Assembly: GCA_934246625.1 (NCBI GenBank)
Contig: CAKQHZ010000001.1
Coordinates: forward strand, 420,001-452,000
DNA length: 32,000 nt
Direction: 5' to 3'
Origin: an uncultured Alphaproteobacteria bacterium
GTDB lineage: Bacteria; Pseudomonadota; Alphaproteobacteria; Rs-D84; CACZYB01
Shown one piece after another: positions 15,161-23,398 of the stretch. Made by a program: the position numbers and the translations under genes. Positions within the stretch are counted from its first letter, which is position 1, and every line of letters begins with the position of its first letter. The notes below the pieces were generated by a model. That model was not told the DNA's origin and searched no databases. It saw only the letters and a list, made by a program, of their open reading frames with translations.

Positions 15161-17596
15161 CTATTTAAAAGAGTCCAAATAAACCTCGACAAATTTGTTT
15201 CCATGTAGTTTTCGTAATTCTTCGGCAAGAAGAACAGCCTTTCTTCCACTGTTGAATAATTGAAGATAAGGACCAAGGCCAGATAAATCAATGTTTAAAA
15301 TTACAGATTCATCGATGGTTGGTTTTCTGAAAAGAATTGCGTATTTTAAATCCTTGTATATTTTTCCTTGAATAAAAGCCATTTCCTTTGGTGTTAGGTT
15401 CCAGCTGTCGTAATCTTCGGGACGTGCCTGAACGTTACGGAAAAAGATTTGTGTTTGACATTGACCACGGATTACTTCGCCTATACCAAGTTTATCCAAA
15501 ACATTTGGTTGTTGGAAGGCAGCAAGGTATGCTTGACGTTTTTTACGACCTTCTTGAAGACCGATGACAAAATTCTGTCTGAAAACTGGATTTGCAAGCA
15601 TAGGTGCAGTTTCATCAATGATAATTAAACTTGGGGCACCTGTTCTTCCAGTTATATTTTGTATTCGGTTCATAATATAACTTACAACCGCTGGAGCAAG
15701 AGTTTCATCTTCGAAAATATAAGTAAAATCAAAGGTATTGAAACGATTTGATAAATCAAGGCTGTCGGCTTCGCTGTTAAAAAGTTGACCATATTGACTA
15801 TCATCAACCCAACGGAAAAGTTCACGTCTCATTTTACCAGCTGGGGAAAAACAAGATTTGTAAAGATTTTTAAGTGTTCTTTTGTTTGGTTCAAGATAAT
15901 CAAATGCAGTTGTAACAGCACGAGCAATTTCGGCTTCGCTGTTTGCATCATCAACAAGTGTAATTTCCTTTAACCAACGGCGAAGAAAAGCACGATTTTC
16001 TGGTGTATCATCTATACGGAAAGGATTTAGATAAGTTAATGTTCCACCCTTTTGAACATCTTTGTCCTTTGTATCGCCTTCAAAATTTATGTATGAACCG
16101 CCTGCGGAATATGTGAAAATTTCAGCACCTCTGTGGCGGTCGAAAAAGAATACCTTTAAATCATCAAATCTTAAAGATTGACCTGCTAAAAAGGAATAAA
16201 GTGTTGTTTTACCTTGACCTGTTGGACCTATTGCAACAGTATGAGCAACGGCACTTTGTTCTTCGGATACATGAAATTCAAATTGATATGCGGTTCCTTG
16301 ATATGTTGGGAATAGGGCAATAGGACCATTTCCCCAATCGCATTTTGATAATCCCTCTGGTTGACGTTCAAAATTAAAACTTGTTGCAACGGCACGTGAA
16401 AGCATTTTATACATTCGTGGGTATTTATCATAAGTTGGAAATTGTGAAAACCAAGAGCTTTGAGCAACCCAACCTTCACGAACTGGTGTTAATCCATAAA
16501 GACGACATATTTTTTCAATTTCAAATACAGCTTTGTTTAAATCATCTTGGCTTTCAGCAGTAATGAAAAAAGTTTCTGCATAATTTACTAATGTTTGATG
16601 GTCTTCATCATTTTGTTCAATAAGTGCAAGAGCATCATCAAATTGTCTTAATACATCATAAGAGAAGGTGCTTGAACTTGCCATTCTTCGTTGATTGATT
16701 AAAATCATTTGAGCTTTTGTTTTTGATATAGGAAAAAGGTTATGTAAGACAGTTATTTCATAATTTAATGATAATATGTCAGATAACATTTGTTCATCAA
16801 CTGTATTTGATTGTTGTTTTATACCAACAACAGCCATATATTTTTCCTTTGTTCCAGAACGAAATCTTATGTATCCCTTATTTGAAAAGAATATTTCATC
16901 AGATACAATAAGTTCAGAAATATTGTCAAAAACCATATTTTCAGATTTTGGTTGTGGGCGTGAAATTGGATTTATTATGTGGGCAAAAAATGAAATAGGA
17001 CTTTCGGATTTGCCATCTTCCTTTAATGCCTTTACACCGAAATTTGATAATATTGCTTCAAGATTGCTTGAAGCAGTATCCAAATCCTTCATTGCGTCCT
17101 TTCGGTCATTTACAGAAATAACTATATAATGGGAGTTTTTGAAAATATCCTTTTGAGCATCGCTCCATTTTTCGGAAATTTCCTTTAATACCTTGTTTGT
17201 ATTGTTTATGACTTTGTCGGTTTGAACCTTTTCACGAATAGTGAAAATACGGCTTTCTATACTTATTTCAGAAAGAGAATCAATCCATTTTTTTCTTTCC
17301 TCAAGTAATGATTGAATTGTTTCACGACGGGCAAATGCTATGCTTGTTCCAGTGATTTTGAATATTCTTACAAGTGAACCATTTGAGCATAAAATAGTTT
17401 TTTTATCGTTTAATAATTTTTCAAATGGAAGGTAATCAACAAGTCTTGTATCATAAGGACGTGGTAAAAATATATTTGATTTTTTTGATATTATTACAGT
17501 TATTATTAGTGCAACAGCAATTATGCCTAAAATCAAAGAAATTGTATAGGTGTTTGATAAATGTGTTAGCAATATTGTTGATAAATCAAAATTCAT
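15161..17596 (-). CDS. virB4: Type IV secretion system ATPase VirB4
   Basis: 811 aa. N-terminal TM, Walker A AIGPTGQGKTT, Walker B SLIIIDETAP. It immediately follows virB3 (9-nt gap). Confidence 0.9.
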   Translation of the reverse strand: MNFDLSTILLTHLSNTYTISLILGIIAVALIITVIISKKSNIFLPRPYDTRLVDYLPFEKLLNDKKTILCSNGSLVRIFKITGTSIAFARRETIQSLLEERKKWIDSLSEISIESRIFTIREKVQTDKVINNTNKVLKEISEKWSDAQKDIFKNSHYIVISVNDRKDAMKDLDTASSNLEAILSNFGVKALKEDGKSESPISFFAHIINPISRPQPKSENMVFDNISELIVSDEIFFSNKGYIRFRSGTKEKYMAVVGIKQQSNTVDEQMLSDILSLNYEITVLHNLFPISKTKAQMILINQRRMASSSTFSYDVLRQFDDALALIEQNDEDHQTLVNYAETFFITAESQDDLNKAVFEIEKICRLYGLTPVREGWVAQSSWFSQFPTYDKYPRMYKMLSRAVATSFNFERQPEGLSKCDWGNGPIALFPTYQGTAYQFEFHVSEEQSAVAHTVAIGPTGQGKTTLYSFLAGQSLRFDDLKVFFFDRHRGAEIFTYSAGGSYINFEGDTKDKDVQKGGTLTYLNPFRIDDTPENRAFLRRWLKEITLVDDANSEAEIARAVTTAFDYLEPNKRTLKNLYKSCFSPAGKMRRELFRWVDDSQYGQLFNSEADSLDLSNRFNTFDFTYIFEDETLAPAVVSYIMNRIQNITGRTGAPSLIIIDETAPMLANPVFRQNFVIGLQEGRKKRQAYLAAFQQPNVLDKLGIGEVIRGQCQTQIFFRNVQARPEDYDSWNLTPKEMAFIQGKIYKDLKYAILFRKPTIDESVILNIDLSGLGPYLQLFNSGRKAVLLAEELRKLHGNKFVEVYLDSFK

Positions 17597-17605
17597 TTTT
17601 GCTTC

Positions 17606-17899
17606 CTATGGTGCGAATTTGTTGCCATTTTCTTTTATTATATTTTTTGTTTTTGCCTTTATATTATTCCTTGCACGGATAATATTGTCGATGTGAGGGT
17701 CGTGTTTTGCAAGTAAAATCAAAAAAAGATGTATAATTATTATTCCAAGTATTGGTATCCATATATATCCCATATAGCCAAAGGTTAGGCATAATAGCAT
17801 TATAACCACGCCAACAGCGATATTAAACATTGCCAAACCAAATGGTGCAAAAAACATTAAACTTGGATATGCAATAGATTTTAAAAGTTCTTCTTTCAA
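17606..17899 (-). CDS. virB3: Type IV secretion system protein VirB3
   Basis: 97 aa with two TM helices. LLKSIAYPSLMFFAP resembles the conserved VirB3 N-terminal motif. As listed it starts at TTG 17899; see the uORF/G-tract feature for the start uncertainty. Confidence 0.8.
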   Translation of the reverse strand: MKEELLKSIAYPSLMFFAPFGLAMFNIAVGVVIMLLCLTFGYMGYIWIPILGIIIIHLFLILLAKHDPHIDNIIRARNNIKAKTKNIIKENGNKFAP

Positions 17900-17913
17900 T
17901 ATATTCCCCCCAT
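17896..17913 (-). promoter_or_regulatory. 5-codon uORF (MGGIY*) with G6 tract, overlapping the virB3 TTG start
   Basis: The reverse strand reads AAGG-TATAT-ATG GGG GGA ATA TAT TGA. The TGA overlaps the TTG (TTGA). The 15-mer TATATATGGGGGGAA is identical to the one at the start of the 1..834 gene. Confidence 0.4.
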
Positions 17914-18037
17914 ATATACCTTATTAATTTTACAAAAATAAGCATAAAAAGACAAGTAAAAAGTTAGAGTTAGTTGGAATATCTTCTCCTTTTATTTTTT
18001 AATTATTTTTATAGTATGATTTTGAAAGGAGTTTTTT

Positions 18038-18370
18038 ATGATGGATTTAAAATATTTTCCGCCAAAGGAAGCTGTGAGGAATGCAAGACTTGGTTTAAAA
18101 CTTCGTGAAAAGTATCATAGAGGTGGACTTGGGTATGAAGAAGCGGCGGCCCTTGGCATAGATAGTGGTGTTGTAAGAGCATATCAGATTATTTCTGGAC
18201 GACCTTTGACATTACAAATAATAAAACGTATGGCAAGGTTTAATAGACATAGACGAAACTATAGACCTTTTATTTTGCTTAAAGATGGTGGTCCAACTGC
18301 TGGGACTATTGCGTGGCTTTTGTGGGGTGGTGATGAAGGTATAAATTGGGCAATTAACTTTAAAGAGTGA
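18038..18370 (+). CDS. Small conserved-looking hypothetical protein (110 aa)
   Basis: AGGAG SD 6 nt before the ATG. The GG.G...A..LGI.SGV.RA..I..G..L.....KRM..F.RH ... AWLLWGGDEG..WA pattern resembles small phage/mobile-element proteins I recall, but this is unverified. Confidence 0.6.
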   Translation: MMDLKYFPPKEAVRNARLGLKLREKYHRGGLGYEEAAALGIDSGVVRAYQIISGRPLTLQIIKRMARFNRHRRNYRPFILLKDGGPTAGTIAWLLWGGDEGINWAINFKE

Positions 18371-18787
18371 TTAAGCCTTTGTTTTACCTAGACCACTTTT
18401 TTTTGCAAGTGTAGAGCGGGTTTTTGCATAGTTTGGGGCAATCATAGGATAATCATTTGAAAGTCCCCATTTTTCCCTGTATTCCTTATCAGTCATATTA
18501 TATTTTGTTTTAAGGTATCGTTTTAACATCTTTAATTTTTTTCCATCTTCAAGACAGATTATGTATTCTGGGTGGACTGAATCCTTTATATCAACAAATG
18601 GTGCCAAAGCATAAGATGATGTTTTGTCAGTTATTGAAATAAGGTTTGAATAGATGTTTTCAATCAAAGATGGAATTTCGGTTTTTTCAATTTTATTGTT
18701 TGCGACATAACTGCTTGTGATTTGTGATGTTGCAGATATTATTGCAAGTTTTAAATTTTCAGATATGTTTTTTTGAATTTTATCCAT
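18371..18787 (-). CDS. Ros/MucR-family transcriptional regulator (zinc ligands degenerate)
   Basis: 138 aa. The C-terminal region CLEDGKKLKMLKRYLKTKYNMTDKEYREKWGLSNDYPMIAPNYAKTRSTLAKKSGLG aligns to the Ros/MucR CLECG...LKRHL..HH...EYR.KW.LP.DYPMVAP.Y...RS.LAK..GLG. Confidence 0.85.
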   Translation of the reverse strand: MDKIQKNISENLKLAIISATSQITSSYVANNKIEKTEIPSLIENIYSNLISITDKTSSYALAPFVDIKDSVHPEYIICLEDGKKLKMLKRYLKTKYNMTDKEYREKWGLSNDYPMIAPNYAKTRSTLAKKSGLGKTKA

Positions 18788-18882
18788 TTTTTAATACCTT
18801 TGATTTTTAATTTTTTCCCTTGTATTATATCAAAAATTAAGGTAAAAGTAAAAGGTAAAATAATTTTTTAAGAGGCGTTTTT

Positions 18883-20151
18883 ATGTTTTCAAAATTTTTT
18901 AGTAAATTTTATATTGATATTCTTCCAACACTTCCTTTGAATATAAGTTTTTGGGGTGTTATTTTGTTGTTTTTATTTGCTTTTTTCCCTTCTTATATAG
19001 TTTATGCAAAGCAATCAGTTCAACGAAAAATTATTTATTTATTTTCACTTTTTGATTTTGTTTTATTTTTCTTTTGTATCTTTGTAAAAATAGAAGATTT
19101 TTATTTTGATAGGGGGGATTTAACAATATTTGCAAAAAGTTTGTATGTGATTTTGTTTATTGGTGCGATTTTTGATGCAGATGATAAAAAGTCTTTCCCA
19201 TATAAAAAGAAAAGTTTTGTAAAAAAATATATTCAACACCCAATGGAATCTTTTATTTCTCATTTTATGTTTGTGGTTTTTCGAATTTTGCCTGTGAAGG
19301 TAGCATCTGGTATAGGTGGATTTTTGGGAAGAATGTTGGGTAAAACTCAAAAATGGTATAACTTTCTTATGGACGCAAATTTGAATATTGCATTTCCAAG
19401 AAAAAGAAAGGCTGAAAAGGAAAAAATTAAAACCCAAGTTTGGGATATGATGGGAAGATATGTAAGTGAACCTGCACATTATAAGAATATTTACAGAAAT
19501 TATAAAAAATATCTTACCTTTGAAAATGATAAAATTTTGGATAAGTTAAATGGAAAACCTTATATTGCATTTATTGCACATTGTGGAAGTTTGGGACTTA
19601 TTTCTATACCATTTGCTATTCATAAGGCAGATTGTTCAATTATTTATAAATATCCAAGCAATAATTTAACAAATAACCTTGTTATAAAATCTTTTGGTAA
19701 TGGTATTGGAAAATTAAAATTTATTCCAAATACAGCAAATGGAACAAAGGACGCAATGAGAATACTTAGTTCTGGTGGTGCAATTTTGGCTGTGCCAGAT
19801 CAAAAGTTTCAAACTGGAATTGAAACAAAGTTTTTTGGACAACCTGTTAAAAGTCCTGTGGGTGTAGCTAAATTGGCAGGTCATTTTAATTGTCCTATTT
19901 TGCCTGTGCAACTTGTTCGTGTTGATGGGGTAAAACATAAAATTATATTTCACGAACCATTTATGCCTTTTAAATCAAAAAATAAGGAAATGGATGCAAT
20001 TAAAACTATGCAAAAAATAAATGATATTATTGAAGGTTGGATAAAAGAAAATCCTTCTCAATGGTTTTGGGTTCATGACAGATGGGGCATTAAAGATGTT
20101 TTAAAAAAGAAATACAAAGGAGAAAAAAATGCAACAAAAAACAATAAGTAA
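18883..20151 (+). CDS. lpxL: Lipid A biosynthesis acyltransferase (LpxL/HtrB family) with ~110-aa N-terminal membrane extension
   Basis: 422 aa. From about residue 120 the sequence is LpxL-like: FRILPVKVASGIGGFLGRMLG...NLNIAFP...HCGSLG...AVPDQK...PSQWFWVHDRW. It sits next to lpxC. Confidence 0.7.
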   Translation: MFSKFFSKFYIDILPTLPLNISFWGVILLFLFAFFPSYIVYAKQSVQRKIIYLFSLFDFVLFFFCIFVKIEDFYFDRGDLTIFAKSLYVILFIGAIFDADDKKSFPYKKKSFVKKYIQHPMESFISHFMFVVFRILPVKVASGIGGFLGRMLGKTQKWYNFLMDANLNIAFPRKRKAEKEKIKTQVWDMMGRYVSEPAHYKNIYRNYKKYLTFENDKILDKLNGKPYIAFIAHCGSLGLISIPFAIHKADCSIIYKYPSNNLTNNLVIKSFGNGIGKLKFIPNTANGTKDAMRILSSGGAILAVPDQKFQTGIETKFFGQPVKSPVGVAKLAGHFNCPILPVQLVRVDGVKHKIIFHEPFMPFKSKNKEMDAIKTMQKINDIIEGWIKENPSQWFWVHDRWGIKDVLKKKYKGEKNATKNNK

Positions 20152-20977
20152 AGAAATTTCTATTTCTGGAATTGGTCAACATAAGGGAACTGAAAATACT
20201 ATTGTTTTAAAACCCGCTGGTGTTGATAGTGGTATAATTTTTGTTATTAAAGGAAAAAAATATCCCTTTAATGTTGAAAATGTTTTTGGTGAAGCGGGAT
20301 ATACAACTATTGGTCAAGGAGATGAAAGTGTGAAAACTATTGAACACCTTATGTCTTCTTTGCATGGTTTGGGTATTGATAATTTGATTATTGAAACAGA
20401 TTCAGAGGAAACTCCTATTTGTGATGGGTCAAGTGAACCTTTGTTAGCTGAAATTAAAAAAGCAGGTGTTTTCGAACAAAATGCTCCTAAAAAAATGATA
20501 AAAATTTTGAAAAAGGTTGAGTATAGTGATGAAAAAGGACGTGTTAGCATTGAACCAAATGATAAAAATTTGCTTACTTTAGATGTAAGTATTGATTATA
20601 GTGGTATTAAGCCTATTGGTTTTCAAAGTGTTAAAATTGATTTGACAGAGGATAATTATGAAAAATTTGTGGCTCCTGCTAGAACTTTTGCAAGAATGAG
20701 TGATGTTGAATATCTTCATTCAAAGGGTTTATGTTTGGGTGCAACACTTAAAAGTGGTATTGCCGTTGATGAAGAAAAAGTTTTAAATCCAGAAGGTTTA
20801 AGATTTGAAGATGAATTTGTTCGTCATAAAGTTTTAGATGCAGTTGGTGATTTATATCTTCTTGGCCATAGTGTTATTGGCTATTATAAGAATAGTAAAG
20901 GTGGACATTTTCATAATAATAAATTAGTAAAGGCTGTGCTTTCTGATAAATCTAATTATGAAATAGTTGAGATTTAA
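20129..20977 (+). CDS. lpxC: UDP-3-O-acyl-N-acetylglucosamine deacetylase
   Basis: 282 aa. TIEHLMSSLHGLGIDN, FARM.DVEYLHSKGLCLGA and EFVRHKVLDAVGDLYLLG are LpxC motifs. AAGGAG SD. It overlaps the upstream gene by 23 nt. Confidence 0.9.
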   Translation: MQQKTISKEISISGIGQHKGTENTIVLKPAGVDSGIIFVIKGKKYPFNVENVFGEAGYTTIGQGDESVKTIEHLMSSLHGLGIDNLIIETDSEETPICDGSSEPLLAEIKKAGVFEQNAPKKMIKILKKVEYSDEKGRVSIEPNDKNLLTLDVSIDYSGIKPIGFQSVKIDLTEDNYEKFVAPARTFARMSDVEYLHSKGLCLGATLKSGIAVDEEKVLNPEGLRFEDEFVRHKVLDAVGDLYLLGHSVIGYYKNSKGGHFHNNKLVKAVLSDKSNYEIVEI

Positions 20978-20978
20978 A

Positions 20979-21452
20979 ATGATTATTATGGGAATTGACC
21001 CTGGGTTAAGATATTGTGGATTTGGTGTTGTTGAATACAAATCCGGAAGTTTTAGGCATATTGCAAATGGAACGTTTAAAACAAACGAAAAATTAAGTTT
21101 GGCTGAACGACTTTCACAAATTTATTATAATCTTATTGATATATTGGAACGATATAAGCCAGATGAAGTTGCGGTTGAGGAAGTTTTTGTGAATATAAAT
21201 CCTTCTTCAACTTTGAAACTTGGGCAGGCGAGAGGGGTTGCGATTTTGACACCTTCGTTGAAAGGAATACCTGTATTTGAATATTCGCCAAATTTGATTA
21301 AAAAATCAGTAGTTGGTGTTGGTCATGCAGGGAAAGAACAAATACAAATGATGGTGAAGTTGTTGCTTTCTTCTCCTAAAATAGATAGTGAACATAGTGG
21401 TGATGCTTTGGCAATGGCAATATGTCATGCACATAACAGAAATTCCTTTTAA
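20979..21452 (+). CDS. ruvC: Crossover junction endodeoxyribonuclease RuvC
   Basis: MIIMGIDPGLRYCGFGVV..., EVAVEEVFVN, GQARGV, GHAGKEQIQMMV, DALAMAICHA. I prefer ATG 20979 (1 nt after the lpxC stop) to the TTG at 20967. Confidence 0.88.
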   Translation: MIIMGIDPGLRYCGFGVVEYKSGSFRHIANGTFKTNEKLSLAERLSQIYYNLIDILERYKPDEVAVEEVFVNINPSSTLKLGQARGVAILTPSLKGIPVFEYSPNLIKKSVVGVGHAGKEQIQMMVKLLLSSPKIDSEHSGDALAMAICHAHNRNSF

Positions 21453-21519
21453 TAAACAAAATTATTGAAATACGAATTTTCTTCTTGATTTTTAGAATAT
21501 TTTAGGTAAATATGTAAAT

Positions 21520-21564
21520 GTAAAAGTTTTGTATGGCTTGTCGCTTACAACTTTTACTTTCTTT
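21520..21564 (+). terminator. Long-stem hairpin after ruvC (possible terminator)
   Basis: Perfect 9-bp stem GTAAAAGTT(21520-21528)/AACTTTTAC(21549-21557) with a 20-nt loop, followed by TTTCTTT. A second weaker hairpin GGGC..GCCC plus T6 lies at about 21577-21600. Confidence 0.4.
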
Positions 21565-21598
21565 GTGTTAAAAAAAGGGGCTATTTTATGGCCCTTTT

Positions 21599-22117
21599 TT
21601 ATTTCCTTAAATATATATAAAATGCGCCATCGTTTTTGTTTTGGTATGGAGCATATTCGACATAAAGAATCATTTGCCTTATATCCATTGCATTTATCCA
21701 TTTTGGAAATTCTTTCCTTATGGTGCCGGTTTGTTTTTCGGGGTTGCCACGACCTGTAATAACAAGTAATGTGCGATTATGAGAAGTATAATTTTGTGAT
21801 ACAAATTTTATAAACGTTTCGTATGCAGATTGAAGTGTGTGTCCGTGTAAATCAAGTGTAGAATCGGGCTTTTTTAAATCTTTTTTGATTTTTTTTGCAA
21901 TGGTTTTATCAATACGAGATGTGTCGGATATTGATAAATCGTTTTCAATTATATGGCGTTCTGGTTTGCGTTTTACATCTTCGGTTGAAATAAATGTGAT
22001 TTCAATGGTGTTTTCTTTTTTCCTTGGGATTTTATTAGGTATAACTAAATTCCCCTTTGTTTTTGATTTAAGGGGCTTTATTGTTGATATAATTTCTTCC
22101 CATAATGATTTAGTCAT
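21599..22117 (-). CDS. Smr (MutS2-related small) domain protein
   Basis: 172 aa. The C-terminal sequence LDLHGHTLQSAYETFIKFV...LLVITGRG is the Smr signature. Confidence 0.75.
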   Translation of the reverse strand: MTKSLWEEIISTIKPLKSKTKGNLVIPNKIPRKKENTIEITFISTEDVKRKPERHIIENDLSISDTSRIDKTIAKKIKKDLKKPDSTLDLHGHTLQSAYETFIKFVSQNYTSHNRTLLVITGRGNPEKQTGTIRKEFPKWINAMDIRQMILYVEYAPYQNKNDGAFYIYLRK

Positions 22118-22154
22118 ACGATAAATATAATATTTTTTGTTTATAAAAGCAAAT

Positions 22155-22179
22155 AAAAATCCCTCTTTTGCAAGAGGGA
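22155..22179 (-). terminator. Rho-independent terminator of dnaN
   Basis: 8-bp stem TCCCTCTT/AAGAGGGA with loop TTGC. On the minus strand it is followed by TTTTTATTT. Confidence 0.7.
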
Positions 22180-22201
22180 CTTATTAAATCAAAGTTATGA
22201 A

Positions 22202-23320
22202 TTATATTCTCATTGGCATAAGAACATAAATTGCAGATTCGTCATCAAGTTCTGTTATAATAGCAGGTGATGAGCCATCAGAAATCATAAATTTCATAAA
22301 TTTACCTTCGATTTGTGATGCAATATCAAGAAGGTATTTTGAATTGAAACCTATTTCCATAGAATCGCTGTCGTAAACAACTTCTAAATCTTCAAATGCA
22401 CTTCCAGAATCTGGAGTTGATGCAAGGAGTGTTAATTTTGATTTTGATAATTTAAGTTTAATTGCTTTTGATTTTTCGTATGCAACAGATGATACACGGT
22501 CAACTGCTTCTGAGAAAAGTTTGCAATCTACTTCCATTGCCTTATCATTTGAAGTTGGAATAACCTTTTCATAATCTGGGAAACGACCATCAATAAGTTT
22601 TGATGTGATTGTTGTGCCACCGAATGAAAATCTTGCTTTGGTTTCACTTACTTCTACATTTATGTCTGATGATGTATCTTCAAGAAGAGCACGAAGTTCG
22701 TTCACAACCTTTCTTGGAACAATAATACTTGGCATACCCTTTGCACCTTCTGGGCTTAAAACATCTTGACGAGCAAGTCTATGTCCATCAGTTGCAACAG
22801 CACGGAGTAATTCCTTTCCATCTTTTTCAAGTGTGTGAAGGAAAATTCCGTTTAAGAAATAACGAGTTTCTTCTGTTGATACAGCAAATTTTGTTTTATC
22901 AATAAGTTTTATTAAATCATCACATGGAAGAGTGAATTTAAAAGGCATTGATGAGCTATTCATTAAAGGGAAATCATCAACAGGAAGTGATGGTAATGTA
23001 AATTCTGAATTACCTGCCTTTATAACAACTTTTGAATTATCTGATGATGTTTTAAGTTCGATTGTGCCTTCTGGAAGTTTACGAACAATATCATATAAAA
23101 TATGTGCAGGTATTGTTGTTGAACCCTTTTCATTGATTGTTGCTTCTAATTCCTCAATAATTTCCAAATCAATGTTTGTAGCAGTGAATTTTAAGTTATC
23201 GTTTGCTTCGATTTTGATATTTGAAAGAACTGGAATAGTAGATTTTTTTTCAACAATTCTATATAAATGAGAAAGTGTTTTTGATAAATTTGCTTTTTCA
23301 ATAGTAATATACATTTTCAT
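22202..23320 (-). CDS. dnaN: DNA polymerase III beta sliding clamp
   Basis: 372 aa. Typical start ...IVEKKSTIPVLSNIKIEA, then TRYFLNGIFL, ATDGHRLA and IDGRFPDYEKVIP. Confidence 0.92.
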   Translation of the reverse strand: MKMYITIEKANLSKTLSHLYRIVEKKSTIPVLSNIKIEANDNLKFTATNIDLEIIEELEATINEKGSTTIPAHILYDIVRKLPEGTIELKTSSDNSKVVIKAGNSEFTLPSLPVDDFPLMNSSSMPFKFTLPCDDLIKLIDKTKFAVSTEETRYFLNGIFLHTLEKDGKELLRAVATDGHRLARQDVLSPEGAKGMPSIIVPRKVVNELRALLEDTSSDINVEVSETKARFSFGGTTITSKLIDGRFPDYEKVIPTSNDKAMEVDCKLFSEAVDRVSSVAYEKSKAIKLKLSKSKLTLLASTPDSGSAFEDLEVVYDSDSMEIGFNSKYLLDIASQIEGKFMKFMISDGSSPAIITELDDESAIYVLMPMRI

Positions 23321-23398
23321 CTCCTTTGATTTAATTCAAGTTTATTCTAGTCCATAATAAGATATAAAAGCAAGCAATTTTTTTGATATTTTTTTATT

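Noticed and set aside
15154-15291. N-terminal 46 codons of track ORF 14500..15291
   Set aside because: This extension overlaps the 3' end of virB4 in another frame. The ATG at 15153 gives a proper signal peptide right after the virB4 stop.
16776-17129. 117-aa plus-strand ORF, plus other ORFs inside virB4 (15785-15973, 16228-16479, 16381-16563, 17425-17682)
   Set aside because: They are nested in or antisense to virB4 and have no SD or recognisable motifs. Such ORFs are typical of AT-rich antisense frames.
19120-19479. Minus-strand ORFs inside the lpxL-like gene (19120-19479, 19714-19953). Similar antisense ORFs lie in dnaN (22932-23270), tig (23766-23957, 24182-24550), ileS (several), the TPR gene, the GT39 gene and uvrD (5806-6180).
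   Set aside because: All overlap confidently identified genes on the opposite strand and lack independent support.
21492-21759. 69-aa (minus) and 76-aa (plus) ORFs in and around the ruvC/smr intergenic region
   Set aside because: They span the two terminator hairpins and run into the smr gene. They have no SD and no recognisable sequence.
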